NCBI RefSeq assembly: GCF_017551775.1
Contig: NZ_JAFZKX010000018.1
Location: forward strand, 6,761-70,760
DNA: 64,000 bases
Reading direction: 5' to 3'
From: Fibrobacter sp.
GTDB taxonomy: Bacteria > Fibrobacterota > Fibrobacteria > Fibrobacterales > Fibrobacteraceae
How positions within the stretch are numbered: position 1 is the stretch's first letter; every line of letters begins with the position of its first letter. Position numbers and translations under genes: made by a program. Shown piece after piece: positions 1 through 8,983 of the stretch. Under the pieces are notes generated by a model. That model ran no database searches. It was not told the DNA's origin and was given only the letters and a program-made list of their open reading frames with translations.

Positions 1-2
1 CG

Positions 3-3000
3 GATTCGGATAACGTCTTTGATCATTGGGAAAAGGTTTCGGGTTCCTGCGATATCGAGAATCCCAAGAAAGATACGACCCGGGTAATGCACGTTCTCAG
101 TGACTGTAAAGTGAAGGCGACTTTCCGGCCGGGTGAAATCTATTCCATTACAGCTACTCCGACCCGATACAACTTTGTCGAAAATACCTATGCGAAGAAG
201 GTCTCGCACGGGCATACTGGCGTCAGGTTCGTTTTTGTCGCTCCGAGTACAGGGACTTTTAACATTGTCGTGTCAAACGACGCTCTACAGGATTCCCTCT
301 ATTACCTCCAGTATAAAAAGACCAGTTATGATACCTTGACTGCTTCGCGGAGGTTCGTCGGTACCTATAGTAAAACATTGAACCTCACTGCCGGGGATTC
401 TGTGTGTATCGTCGTTTATAAGTATAAAAGGAACGACAACCCCTTCTATATCAGTTACGCAACGCAGTCGTACAACCTCGCGCTCGGTTCCGCCGGGAAC
501 GGGCAAGCCCTTCCGGATACGGGGTATGCGACGGCCTACGCTGGTTCCAAGTATTCGATTGGTGCCAAGGCGGATTCGGGATATCGTTTTTCTAACTGGC
601 AGGTAGTGCTTGGAGCGCCTTCGGTGGATGATTTTGAAGCGCCTTACACGTTTGTGAGTCTCAACGGCAATGCTGAATTGAAGGCCGTGTTCAAGCAGAG
701 CCAGATTTACACACTTAGCGGAACGAAAAAGACCTTCAACTTCCAGGACAATTATTACAATGAATCTACCAAGTCGGCAATCCGTTTCACCTGGACTCCG
801 CCCGACACCAACGCCTATGTCGTCCGGTTTGAACCTGTCGATTCGCTATGTGCGTTTTTCCGGGATTACGGGAACGATGACACTTTCGAGAATGGTTCCA
901 CAGAAAGCAAGGTAAAAGGGGCTACCGCTATCCTTGTTAAGGGAACGCCGGGCGAGCCGCTTTATTGGACGCTTCGAGACAGTTCCGTCATTATTCCGAA
1001 CAAGTCTTTTGCGGCGTGGATTTCGACGCCCTATAAGTTGAACGTAGAAAGCTCCAAGGGCGGTCTTATTAGCCCGTCTGGTGATGTATCTGTCAGTCCG
1101 GGGAGCAAGACTGTAGTCAATGCTTGGCCGCACGGAGGTTACGTTTTCAAGAACTGGGCTTCAATCATGGGCAATCTCGAAATCGACAAGCCGGACGAGA
1201 GCAGGACTACCATCCTCCAAGAAGATTCCGTATGTTCAGTCAGGGCGGTATTTGCCGTAGATACGGCGGCGCGGCCTTCGGTGCAGATATCGAAACTCGA
1301 CCTGAACAATTACCCTCAAATTTGTGCGCAGGTTTCCGTTACGGATCTCCAGAATGGGCATGCCTTCAACGGATTGACTTCTCGCGATTTTATTTTGACG
1401 GAAGATGGCCAAAAGATTAATGCGCAGGTTACGAGCATTCAAAAGGTTACCGGTATATCCGTCGCTCTCGTTGTAGACCAGAGTACTTCAATGCGAACCA
1501 ACGATCGTATGACCAAGGCTCTCGAGGCCATGCGCGATTTTGTAGGTAGAATGGGCCCCTATGACAGGACGGCTATTGTCGGTTTTGTTGGCAGCGTCAA
1601 GGTAAAGGATCCCAATGCTTCCGCTGATTCGAAGGATTCCATCATGGTTGATTCTGTCATAGTCCACCAGACCATGACTACCAATAAACCGCTGCTGCTA
1701 AATGCTATAGATAGCATTAAGGCTATCGGCTCGACGAATATCATCACGGGGGCGTATGTCGGAGTAAAGCAAATCGTTGATGAAATTAACCCGACAGCGG
1801 TCATCATCTTTTCGGATGGAGCCAATGGCTCTGGTGGGATAAATATAAACACCGCGATTGATTATGCAAATCAGAACAATACCAACATCTATTCTATCGC
1901 ACTCGAGTCAACAGTAAAATACCCGCTGCAGGAACTTGCCAGGAATACGGGGGGAACGTTCTCCATGGCTAGCGATGCTAGCGAACTGGCGGGCCTCTAC
2001 TCCGTCATCCGCGACAACATCCTCTCGCAGTATCTCGTTTGCTACCAGACTCCCGATACGGTTCAGAACGGGGAAACGCATGACGTCGTAATAGGCATGA
2101 CGTTCAACAATATTACTGCTAGGGATACCGTTCAGTGGAACGAGACGACGCTTCCGCCATCTATTTCGCTTACAGAAGATACTTGGAACCTGGTCAAAAA
2201 TCCTCAAACGGCGAATAGCTCGCTGACGATTGGCGTTTACATAAAGTCGATGCTTGATATTGCGTCGGCGCAAGTGTACTTGCGTGAGGTGAATGCCATG
2301 GGCGGACAGTTTACGAGTTACAATATGCAGCATGTTCGCGACAGCCTTTGGGAATTCAGCGTTCCTGCAAGTCTCGTTGTGGCTCCCGGTTTGGATTTTT
2401 ATGTCACCGCGACAGATACGGCCGGACAGACGGGAAAGACTCCGAGAATTCCAACCCCGTCCATGGAACCGTATACCATCTTTATCGATAATGACATGCC
2501 TGTTGTAGATGTCGTCTCTGTAGCATGCGAGGATTCTGCATCGGATTTGAAGACGTTCTCTTTCCGGATTACCGACAGCGACGGAATCGATGACGTGACT
2601 CTGTATTACAAGGACTACAATGATATTCTCTTCAGGACTTTGCCTCTCAATTATTCTGCGGAAAAAGACACCTGGAATGGAACTTTGCATGCCAATACGC
2701 AGGACTTTACCGTAATACACTACTACCTTCGTGCGAGGGATGCGATGGGCGCGACTGTCCGTTACGTTAGCAACGGGTATTCTGTCACGGGAGCCTGCGA
2801 AGTGAAGTCTTTCGTAACGGATTCTATTCCAGATGGTTCTCAGGAATTCAACCATCGCGATTCTATCGTGTATTCCCTCATTGCCGATCTGGCCGAAATG
2901 TACGATTCGGATTTGGATGGCAAGGCCGATTTCGTCAGAATCCATTTCAAGAACGAAAGCGACAACAAAGTTCTGAGCATTGACTCCATCTTCTGGAACT

Positions 3001-3968
3001 CCAATCGCGGTGAATGGCGGTTCGCGGAAGGATGGAATATCCAGAAAAGCAGAAGCGATGCGAAATGGACCGAGGCTTATATAAATGAACCCTTCCAGTA
3101 CGGCTTGACCAAGGCGGATTCGGTAAGGAAACCCTTCCTGAGTTTTACGACCACCGGTTCCAACACTCTGGAGAATGTTGCGTTGAAGGATAAGGTGGGA
3201 GCAGTTCCCATGAGGGCGGTTAAGCGCCAAGGAAAGCTCAATCTTGAAAAGTACATGGATCCCCATTCGGATATTCCTCCCGATACGCTAGTTATCCAGA
3301 TGTCCGAACCAATCTTGAGTACCGGAGGCGAAAATGCGTGGGAAGGCCTGTTCCGTTATTCGACGTCGTGCGAGGACACGGTCACAAATGCGTTGATTAC
3401 GAGCGTTCCTCCGACTGTCGAAGAAAATGGTTTGCGGTGGACATTCCTGCTGGATGACTTTTCCATCAAGACGGGCTTCTGCCTGCGTACCAGCCCGGAG
3501 GCCGACTTCGCGGATATGGCGGGGAATACGCCAGGTCGAGGCGGTGTCGAGATTCGGGGCATGGACGGGGTTGTTTACATTACGGGAATAAAACCGTTGC
3601 AGCCGGTCAGTGGGATAGGGGAAAGCCCGGCATGGATTCCTCCGGGAGGTTTCGGATGGGAACAACTTCCGGATACCCTTTCTGCCATCAGCGTAAAAGC
3701 GATGGCCCCCTATACGGCGGATATTTACATCTTCGACGGGATATCGATATTCGTGAACCACATGGAACAGAAATTCGGTTATGATGGCGAGATGGACAAT
3801 CCGCTGCGTGACAATGAAGATGGATCCAATTTGGGATTCCTTTACTGGGACCAACTCTCCAATAAGGGACGCAAGGCCGGTACGGGAGTCTATATCTGGA
3901 AAATCATCTTTACGTTCGAAGATGGCCATAAGGAGACGGTCACCATCAAGACGGGAATCAAGCGGTAG
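3..3968 (+). CDS. Large surface/secreted protein: InlB-B-like repeats, VWA (MIDAS) domain, Fibrobacter-type C-terminal module; 5' end lies upstream of the window
   Basis: Frame is open from base 3 (DSDNVFDHWEKVSG...), so the track start at 87 is internal. VWA: VALVVDQSTSM (DxSxS) and IIFSDG. Repeats of the YxL..G..GYxFxNW..AVF type. C-terminus YIFDG..LYWDQLSNKGRKAGTGVYIWKI. Confidence 0.8.
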   Translation, partial: DSDNVFDHWEKVSGSCDIENPKKDTTRVMHVLSDCKVKATFRPGEIYSITATPTRYNFVENTYAKKVSHGHTGVRFVFVAPSTGTFNIVVSNDALQDSLYYLQYKKTSYDTLTASRRFVGTYSKTLNLTAGDSVCIVVYKYKRNDNPFYISYATQSYNLALGSAGNGQALPDTGYATAYAGSKYSIGAKADSGYRFSNWQVVLGAPSVDDFEAPYTFVSLNGNAELKAVFKQSQIYTLSGTKKTFNFQDNYYNESTKSAIRFTWTPPDTNAYVVRFEPVDSLCAFFRDYGNDDTFENGSTESKVKGATAILVKGTPGEPLYWTLRDSSVIIPNKSFAAWISTPYKLNVESSKGGLISPSGDVSVSPGSKTVVNAWPHGGYVFKNWASIMGNLEIDKPDESRTTILQEDSVCSVRAVFAVDTAARPSVQISKLDLNNYPQICAQVSVTDLQNGHAFNGLTSRDFILTEDGQKINAQVTSIQKVTGISVALVVDQSTSMRTNDRMTKALEAMRDFVGRMGPYDRTAIVGFVGSVKVKDPNASADSKDSIMVDSVIVHQTMTTNKPLLLNAIDSIKAIGSTNIITGAYVGVKQIVDEINPTAVIIFSDGANGSGGININTAIDYANQNNTNIYSIALESTVKYPLQELARNTGGTFSMASDASELAGLYSVIRDNILSQYLVCYQTPDTVQNGETHDVVIGMTFNNITARDTVQWNETTLPPSISLTEDTWNLVKNPQTANSSLTIGVYIKSMLDIASAQVYLREVNAMGGQFTSYNMQHVRDSLWEFSVPASLVVAPGLDFYVTATDTAGQTGKTPRIPTPSMEPYTIFIDNDMPVVDVVSVACEDSASDLKTFSFRITDSDGIDDVTLYYKDYNDILFRTLPLNYSAEKDTWNGTLHANTQDFTVIHYYLRARDAMGATVRYVSNGYSVTGACEVKSFVTDSIPDGSQEFNHRDSIVYSLIADLAEMYDSDLDGKADFVRIHFKNESDNKVLSIDSIFWNSNRGEWRFAEGWNIQKSRSDAKWTEAYINEPFQYGLTKADSVRKPFLSFTTTGSNTLENVALKDKVGAVPMRAVKRQGKLNLEKYMDPHSDIPPDTLVIQMSEPILSTGGENAWEGLFRYSTSCEDTVTNALITSVPPTVEENGLRWTFLLDDFSIKTGFCLRTSPEADFADMAGNTPGRGGVEIRGMDGVVYITGIKPLQPVSGIGESPAWIPPGGFGWEQLPDTLSAISVKAMAPYTADIYIFDGISIFVNHMEQKFGYDGEMDNPLRDNEDGSNLGFLYWDQLSNKGRKAGTGVYIWKIIFTFEDGHKETVTIKTGIKR

Positions 3969-3986
3969 GTTGTTCTCAAGAAATTG

Positions 3987-4021
3987 AAAATGGTTGTTTT
4001 CTGCTAGAAAACAACCATTTT
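3987..4021. terminator. Intrinsic terminator-like hairpin after the VWA gene
   Basis: Perfect 16-bp stem AAAATGGTTGTTTTCT-GCT-AGAAAACAACCATTTT followed by a T run. Confidence 0.7.
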
Positions 4022-4045
4022 TGTATTGAAAAAAACATATTGAGC

Positions 4046-4072
4046 TTGAAACTCTTACAAATTTGCTATTAT
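4046..4072 (+). promoter_or_regulatory. Putative sigma70-type promoter of the radical SAM operon
   Basis: TTGAAA (4046-4051) and an extended -10 TGcTATTAT (4064-4072); the 15-nt spacer is short. Confidence 0.4.
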
Positions 4073-4109
4073 CCGGTTGAATTTGTGCAAAAAAGAAGGA
4101 ATTGCAAAA

Positions 4110-5465
4110 ATGAAGAATTTTGTCGAATTTAAGCCTTTTTATTCTCATGAGACGGATGTCTACAACCTCAAAGATTTTACTCCTGCTATTGTAGACAAGG
4201 CATATTTGGATAATCTCGGTGTCAAAGTCGCTCCCTCCGAAAGTACCCTCGAGGGCCTTATGCGCGGTTCCAAGGTGTTTATGGAACGCGTCAAGAACAG
4301 GACGGTCATACCCGTATCGAAGCTCTATCTCGAAGAAATCGACCCCGAAAAGGTCCAGACGGAAATCCACAACTACACGGGCCGCTGCCCGACGCTCACC
4401 TTCGAAATCAATCCCATCAAGGGTTGCAATGTCGGCTGCCAGTACTGTCTGGTGACCGACGGCGTGCATGAACAGAAGTTAGTCGCTTACGAGAACTACC
4501 ACCTGTACGTACGCAAACTGCTCGAAGACATGAACGGCGACCCCTGGGGCCCGGTGACCGAAGAGGATATCCACAAGAAGAACGTCCTTTTGCAGGATCT
4601 CGCGACCGCCATCGAGGAGGCTCCGGAGCGCAAGCAGGAAATCGAGGCGAAGATCGTGGAACTGAGCCGCGGCAAGAACTGGAATCATTATTACTACTTC
4701 TCGCCCAAGACGGAAGCGTTCCAGGAACCGACGGTGCAGACCGGCATCGCGCACAGGATTCTGAAGGAATTCATCGAACACTTCAAGAAGCATCCCGATT
4801 CCAATGCGAGGCTTTTTATCGCATCGAAATCCGGCCCTAAGCACCTGCTGTACGAATACGAAGGCGAAACCATCCTCGACCTTTTCGAACAGCTCAAGGG
4901 AAAGATGCAGTTCAACACCAGCGTTTCCATTATGCCCACCGAGTTCAGGAACCTGCTGGAACCTTTTGCGGCTCCCATTGACGAACGCCTGCAATCTGTG
5001 AAGCTGTGCCGTGAACGCGGGATTCAGGCAAACTCGGCGCTTATCCAGCCCATCGTGATGCCGTACCTCACCGACGAACATATCAAGGAATTTTTCGACA
5101 AGCTGCACGATGCGGGCATCATCAACTACAAGCCGGAATTCCTGACCGCCTGCATGGAGAACCTGGCCATGCTCGGGCAATGGCTCGGGCACTTCGACAA
5201 GGATTTGGAACGAGAACTCTACGAAGTCTACCTGAAGCCCAGCAATGCCGACCACCGCAAGCAGCGCGGCCGCACGGCTCCCGAAAGGGAACTCTGCATC
5301 GCCGCCATCAAGCGGATGATGGATTACACGCAGACGCTCGGCATGTCGACCAGCATCTGCTATTGGGTCCGCAAACAGTTGCAGATTCCGAATACCCTCA
5401 TTCCCATCATCAACCAGAATGGATTCCAGTGCCTTGGATACCAGTCCAAGCTGTTCCAGAAATAA
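4110..5465 (+). CDS. Radical SAM protein, spore-photoproduct-lyase-like (COG1533/Rv2578c-like)
   Basis: INPIKGCNVGCQYC (CxxxCxxC), EAFQ, ASKS and LLEPFAAPIDERL match the SPL-like family pattern. ATG 4110 follows an AAGGA SD. Confidence 0.8.
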   Translation: MKNFVEFKPFYSHETDVYNLKDFTPAIVDKAYLDNLGVKVAPSESTLEGLMRGSKVFMERVKNRTVIPVSKLYLEEIDPEKVQTEIHNYTGRCPTLTFEINPIKGCNVGCQYCLVTDGVHEQKLVAYENYHLYVRKLLEDMNGDPWGPVTEEDIHKKNVLLQDLATAIEEAPERKQEIEAKIVELSRGKNWNHYYYFSPKTEAFQEPTVQTGIAHRILKEFIEHFKKHPDSNARLFIASKSGPKHLLYEYEGETILDLFEQLKGKMQFNTSVSIMPTEFRNLLEPFAAPIDERLQSVKLCRERGIQANSALIQPIVMPYLTDEHIKEFFDKLHDAGIINYKPEFLTACMENLAMLGQWLGHFDKDLERELYEVYLKPSNADHRKQRGRTAPERELCIAAIKRMMDYTQTLGMSTSICYWVRKQLQIPNTLIPIINQNGFQCLGYQSKLFQK

Positions 5466-5475
5466 CTGAAGGCTC

Positions 5476-6696
5476 ATGATGACAAAGACGAACTTTTGGG
5501 AAGTCTGTAAAGGATTGTACGGCGACCAGGAAAGCTATTACCACAGGTGGTATCACGAAAAGCCGATGGTCATTACTCCGGAACGCAATGAGGAACTGCG
5601 CGAGATGCACCGCGTGCTCTACAAGTGCGTTGAATACATGGCGGCAAACTATGCCGAATTTACGGACAAGTATATGCCGCTTTCCGAAAAGGAAATGGAA
5701 ATCCTCGAATACCAGAGCAAGTACCCTTTTCTGGCGGGAACGTTCCGCCCAGATTACCTCGTTACCGACGACGGCCAACTCAAGCTCTGTGAGATTACGA
5801 GCCGGTTTTTCGGGCACGGGATATTCATGTCGTATTTCGCCGAGGCCGCAGCCAACAAGTTCATGGAAAAACATCCCGGCTGCCACAGGGAATCGCTTTA
5901 CGAGCAGATGATGCAGAGTGCATTGGAAATTGTCGGCGACAAGGACGAAATTTTTGTGCTCAAGAGTTCTGACAAGACTTCCGAAATCAAGTTGTACAAG
6001 CCTTTCTACGAACACTTCGGAAAAAAGGTCACCATCTTGGAAGCCGATGAGGTCGAAGCCCGCATTGACGATTGGAACGGAAAATTCGTCATCAGCGCAT
6101 TGAACCAGATGGACATCCTGAGTTATTCCATGGACACCATCAAGGCCATGATTGATTCCCAAATGTACAACGATTTCCGCACGGTATTCGTGATACACGA
6201 CAAACGGTTCATGCAGCTCTGGTACACGCCCGAATTTACGCAGAAGTTCTTGTCGGAAAAGGAGGCGGAATTCCTGAGGGCGCATGCCATCGAGACCTAC
6301 ATTTGCAATGACAAGGCTTCGGCTGGCATTCTAGAAAAAGCGTATGCGAACAAGGACGCCTACATCCTCAAACATTTCCGCTTGGGCAAGAGCGAAAAGG
6401 TCTATGCGGGTCCGCTGACAAGCGAAAGCGATTGGAAGGCGCTCTTTGACGGGGGAGCCGTTAAGGACATGATCATCCAGCCGTTCCTGCACCAGAAAAC
6501 ATACCGCACCGTATGGGAAGGGACTCCTTTTGATGATTACGTTTGCGGCATGATGCTTTGCATCGATGACAAGTATTTCGACTCGGGGCTTTTCCGTACG
6601 TCCAGTTGCCCGGTGACGAACGTGGTCGACGACAGGAAGGCTTTCCCCATAGTGACGGAAAACGAAAGCATCATTTCTTGCGGGGATGTCCTTTGA
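5476..6696 (+). CDS. ATP-grasp amide ligase, glutathionylspermidine-synthase-like
   Basis: FRPDYLV..LKLCEITSRF, NDFRTVFVIHDKR, YILKHFRLGKSEKVYAG, MIIQPF. Starts 10 nt after the radical SAM stop. Confidence 0.65.
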   Translation: MMTKTNFWEVCKGLYGDQESYYHRWYHEKPMVITPERNEELREMHRVLYKCVEYMAANYAEFTDKYMPLSEKEMEILEYQSKYPFLAGTFRPDYLVTDDGQLKLCEITSRFFGHGIFMSYFAEAAANKFMEKHPGCHRESLYEQMMQSALEIVGDKDEIFVLKSSDKTSEIKLYKPFYEHFGKKVTILEADEVEARIDDWNGKFVISALNQMDILSYSMDTIKAMIDSQMYNDFRTVFVIHDKRFMQLWYTPEFTQKFLSEKEAEFLRAHAIETYICNDKASAGILEKAYANKDAYILKHFRLGKSEKVYAGPLTSESDWKALFDGGAVKDMIIQPFLHQKTYRTVWEGTPFDDYVCGMMLCIDDKYFDSGLFRTSSCPVTNVVDDRKAFPIVTENESIISCGDVL

Positions 6697-7397
6697 TTAT
6701 CGCCGGAAACCAGCCTTATTTTTTTCCGTATATCGGATTCTGGCAGCTCGTCAGTGCTGCCGACCTGTTCCTGATTGGGGACAACTACAACTTCATCAAA
6801 CGTGGATGGATTCAAAGAAACAGGATTCTTATCAACGGCAAGCCGTTTTTCTTTGGACTGGAAGTGAAGCACATTACGTCTTTCAGGAAAATAAACGAGA
6901 CTGAATTTGTCGATTTCGATGTCGCCCAAAAACTGAATACCGTTTATCGCGCCTACCGCAAGGCACCGCAGTTCGATGCGGGTTATAACCTCGTGAAGAC
7001 GATTTTGGACAATCCGGAACGCAATGTCGCGGAGTTCCTTTTCCAGTCGATAAAGGATGTTTGCCGGTTCCTCGGGATAAACACGAAATTCATGAGAAGT
7101 TCCGAAATACCGGGCAACGACAACTACAAGCGGGAATACCGCATTTACGATTTCTGTCACCGGCTCGGGGGAGATACTTATCTCAACGCCGTAGGCGGGC
7201 AGGATCTGTATCATTTTGATGACTTTGAAAAACACGGAGTTACGCTGAAATTCATTCATCCCAATATCCGGCCCTACAAGCAGTTCTATAACGAATTCGT
7301 TCCGGGGCTTTCCATTTTGGACGTCATCATGTTCAATTCGGTGAATACCATAAAGAACATGCTTGAAGACTGCAGTTTTATTGAGAAGCAGAAATAG
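6693..7397 (+). CDS. WbqC-family protein (putative aminoacyl/glycyl transferase)
   Basis: QPYFFPYIGFWQLVSAADLF, GWIQRNRI, YLNAVGGQDLY, LSILDVIMF. TTG start at 6693 overlaps the upstream TGA (TTGA). Confidence 0.85.
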   Translation: MIIAGNQPYFFPYIGFWQLVSAADLFLIGDNYNFIKRGWIQRNRILINGKPFFFGLEVKHITSFRKINETEFVDFDVAQKLNTVYRAYRKAPQFDAGYNLVKTILDNPERNVAEFLFQSIKDVCRFLGINTKFMRSSEIPGNDNYKREYRIYDFCHRLGGDTYLNAVGGQDLYHFDDFEKHGVTLKFIHPNIRPYKQFYNEFVPGLSILDVIMFNSVNTIKNMLEDCSFIEKQK

Positions 7398-7409
7398 GAG
7401 AAAATAAGT

Positions 7410-8915
7410 ATGAAAGGGGAATCTTTTCAAAACCATTCTTTACGCTTGTTGATTGCAACATCCGCTTTCGTCGCCCTAGTATTAGGAGCGTGTGGCGACG
7501 ATGATCCCAGTATCCTTTTGCCTGGAGATTCCAATTCCGTAGATGAAATTTCAAGTAGCATTGAACCGTATTCATCGGTGGAAGAAAGCTCCAGCAGCGC
7601 TAAGAGTTCTAGTTCCGTAATCACCGCTTGGGATTACATGAATCCAGGATTGTCTTATGGCGAACTTGTGGACTCTCGCGATAATAAGGTCTACAAGACC
7701 ATAGAGTTTGACGGAAAGGTATGGATGGCGGAAAACCTGAACTACGATGTGGGCGATACGCTCCATACCTGGTGTGCCCGCGAAAATTGCGATTTGTATG
7801 GACGTCTGTACACGTATGCTGTGGCGATGGATTCTGCTAAATCCGGCTGTGGCTTTATGACGGTTTGCTCGGTACCTAAAAACTTCCAGGGAATTTGCCC
7901 TGAAGGGTGGCATGTTCTTGAATATGAGGAGATAGACGGCCCCGTCTTCTATCAAAAAAATCTTTTCGGCGCAGGCGCCCCGAAATGGGAGGATTCCCTT
8001 AATACGAATGTTTATGGGCTTACTTTTTTGCCAGCGGGCTTTATGCGCTATAGTATGGCCGGTACATCGAATCTGGAAACCTGGAATGCATATTTTTGGA
8101 CAACCATGGAGTTGTCGGATTCTTTGGCACGCGCCTATATGCGGAATTCGAAAGTGTCAGATGCTATATATGCGCCGACCAAGGCTTCGGGACTTTCTGT
8201 CCGTTGCATAAAGAACTACGAGCGACATGAGACACTTGTTGATCCGTCGACTGTGAAGAAGGGGGAATTTACGGATGCCCGTGACGAGCAGACATATAAG
8301 ACGGTGACTATCGGAAGGCAGACGTGGATGGCGGAAAATCTCAATTACGCCGATAGCGTAAAGACGCCTGTTCTTGAAGGACGCGTGAAATCGGCATACT
8401 TGGATGATCCGGATTCGAATAAATTTTATGGGCGACTTTACACTTGGGCTGCGGCTATGGATTCCGGGGCTTTCGACTATTCCTTCTTGACGAAACATGT
8501 TAGTCAGAAAAATATTCGCGGGATTTGCCCTGAAGGGTGGCACTTGCCGAACCGCGTCGAATTCGCCAAACTGCTGGATGCTGTTGGTGGCGGGTACAAG
8601 AACGCGCATGCGCTGAAGTCTAGCGTTGGCTGGGACAAAGATCCCGGTGACGACGAATACGGTTTTGCGCTAGTGGGCGCAGGGCGTGTTGATACAACAG
8701 ATAATGACATTTACGCCACATACGGGGGCTCGGCATTCTTGTGGACTGCAGAACCTTATTATGATATCATTCCTTCTTTCATAGAAAAGCGTGCTCACGT
8801 CTACACTCTGGACGAACGCCATGTGGTATATTCCGAATATATGGCCGATACGGCCGTGTTCAAGTCGGGCTTTAACTCTATCCGCTGTCTAAAAGACGAA
8901 ATTGCGGATAAGTAA
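7410..8915 (+). CDS. Lipoprotein with two Fibrobacter succinogenes major paralogous (FISUMP/Fib_succ_major) domains
   Basis: Lipobox LGAC and Ser-rich linker. Two copies of D.RD...YKT..IG.Q.WMAENLNY / YGRLYT / GICPEGWH / G.SVRC(I/L)K. Confidence 0.9.
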   Translation: MKGESFQNHSLRLLIATSAFVALVLGACGDDDPSILLPGDSNSVDEISSSIEPYSSVEESSSSAKSSSSVITAWDYMNPGLSYGELVDSRDNKVYKTIEFDGKVWMAENLNYDVGDTLHTWCARENCDLYGRLYTYAVAMDSAKSGCGFMTVCSVPKNFQGICPEGWHVLEYEEIDGPVFYQKNLFGAGAPKWEDSLNTNVYGLTFLPAGFMRYSMAGTSNLETWNAYFWTTMELSDSLARAYMRNSKVSDAIYAPTKASGLSVRCIKNYERHETLVDPSTVKKGEFTDARDEQTYKTVTIGRQTWMAENLNYADSVKTPVLEGRVKSAYLDDPDSNKFYGRLYTWAAAMDSGAFDYSFLTKHVSQKNIRGICPEGWHLPNRVEFAKLLDAVGGGYKNAHALKSSVGWDKDPGDDEYGFALVGAGRVDTTDNDIYATYGGSAFLWTAEPYYDIIPSFIEKRAHVYTLDERHVVYSEYMADTAVFKSGFNSIRCLKDEIADK

Positions 8916-8983
8916 GTGAAATTGCCTTTCAGTTTTTCCTAAATTTATGGGGCTAACAATTCCATAATGAGGATAAACACAAA

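Noticed and set aside
4076-4089. LexA box upstream of the SPL-like radical SAM gene (also CGCAC-TCT-GTGCG near dnaE)
   Set aside because: Only a GTGCA half-site matches the TGCNC-N4-GTGCA box I recall for Fibrobacter. The dnaE-proximal palindrome has a 3-nt spacer and is better explained as a terminator.
6606-6692. ORF-track N-terminal extension of WbqC (similarly 22831-23169 for rmd and upstream extensions of sigma, coaX, fmt, nhaC)
   Set aside because: Family homology begins at downstream starts that have stop/start overlaps, SD sequences or -10 boxes.
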